Sequence record: SRR22947725_4797
Reading direction: 5' to 3' (one strand)
Length of the DNA stretch: 36,840 nucleotides
Shown: one piece after another, positions 36,454 to 36,840 of the stretch
Layout of the letters: each line of letters starts with the position of its first letter
Numbering within the stretch: position 1 is the stretch's first letter
The notes under the pieces: generated by a model
Databases searched by the model: none
Seen by the model: only the letters and a program-made list of their open reading frames with translations
What the model was told of the DNA's origin: nothing
Program-made: the position numbers and the translations under genes

Positions 36454-36840
36454 TCAATTCTTCCTAAGGCTTGAGAATACATTTCCCGTTGGTTTTTCGG
36501 GCAAGGATGTAAGCCATTTTTGGAGCAAGATTTTCAATCGACTTACGGTTTCTGAATTCTTATCGGCCCGATTTGTACTCTCCAATGGATCACGGACTAA
36601 ATCATAAAGTTCGGCATGGGACTGGTCCTTGTTAAGTACCAATTTCCATTGTTCATGAACCACTGCATAAGCAACCCAATGATCGGGCTTGGACTTGTTC
36701 GCTGGCCACGGTGCAGACATTTTCCAAAAGATTGGTTTTTTACGTAATGGATTGCCCTTCCCCATTAATGCAGGAACTTGGCTCATTCCATCCGGCTTGT
36801 ACGACTTGGGGAGTTTCACATTCCCTAGTTCACAAAAAGT
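36454..36840 (-). CDS. S1 sulfatase, C-terminal part (5' end outside window)
   Basis: The frame stays open to the window edge (TFCELGNVKLP...). PDG.S..P.L.G, WKLV, ELYDLVRDPLESTN.A. Confidence 0.85.
   Translation of the reverse strand, partial: TFCELGNVKLPKSYKPDGMSQVPALMGKGNPLRKKPIFWKMSAPWPANKSKPDHWVAYAVVHEQWKLVLNKDQSHAELYDLVRDPLESTNRADKNSETVSRLKILLQKWLTSLPEKPTGNVFSSLRKN

Noticed and set aside
199-36474. Many 60-156 aa ORFs overlapping the main genes on either strand
   Set aside because: They lie within or largely overlap well-supported genes and show no recognisable motifs, so they are treated as shadow ORFs.
1-36840. CRISPR array, tRNA/rRNA, transposase, integrase, frameshifted pseudogenes
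   Set aside because: No regularly spaced repeats, cloverleaf or mobile-element motifs were seen by eye; the two partial sulfatases are cut by the window edges, not disrupted.

Overview
This window is almost entirely coding, moderately AT-rich, and mostly on the + strand. Gene content suggests a marine PVC-superphylum bacterium, probably Verrucomicrobiota (inference only). Positions 1-19.5 kb form a sulfatase-dense cluster: 8 complete Cys-type S1 sulfatases plus one cut by the left edge. It is interleaved with two small membrane-protein genes, a DUF1080 protein and two large secreted proteins of unknown function, one a GH43/GH117-like propeller and one with an internal ~220-aa duplication. At 19.5-20.9 kb is a minus-strand CIA30-like gene and a Phd/VapC toxin-antitoxin pair with a perfect 28-bp operator palindrome. 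Positions 21-31 kb hold two Tat-exported Gfo/Idh/MocA oxidoreductases, two DUF1080 proteins, two PQQ-like beta-propellers, HEAT- and NHL-repeat proteins and an M20 amidohydrolase, which resembles an expanded 3-keto-glycoside (oxidation-elimination) glycan-breakdown system. The remainder is a candidate ~76-nt small RNA or attenuator, a GH16 beta-glucanase, an orphan C5 DNA methyltransferase with a zinc ribbon, a DUF3500-DUF1080 fusion, a third PQQ-like propeller and the 3' end of a tenth sulfatase. No rRNA, tRNA, CRISPR array, transposase or integrase was seen. Family calls come from motif recognition by eye, not from database searches.
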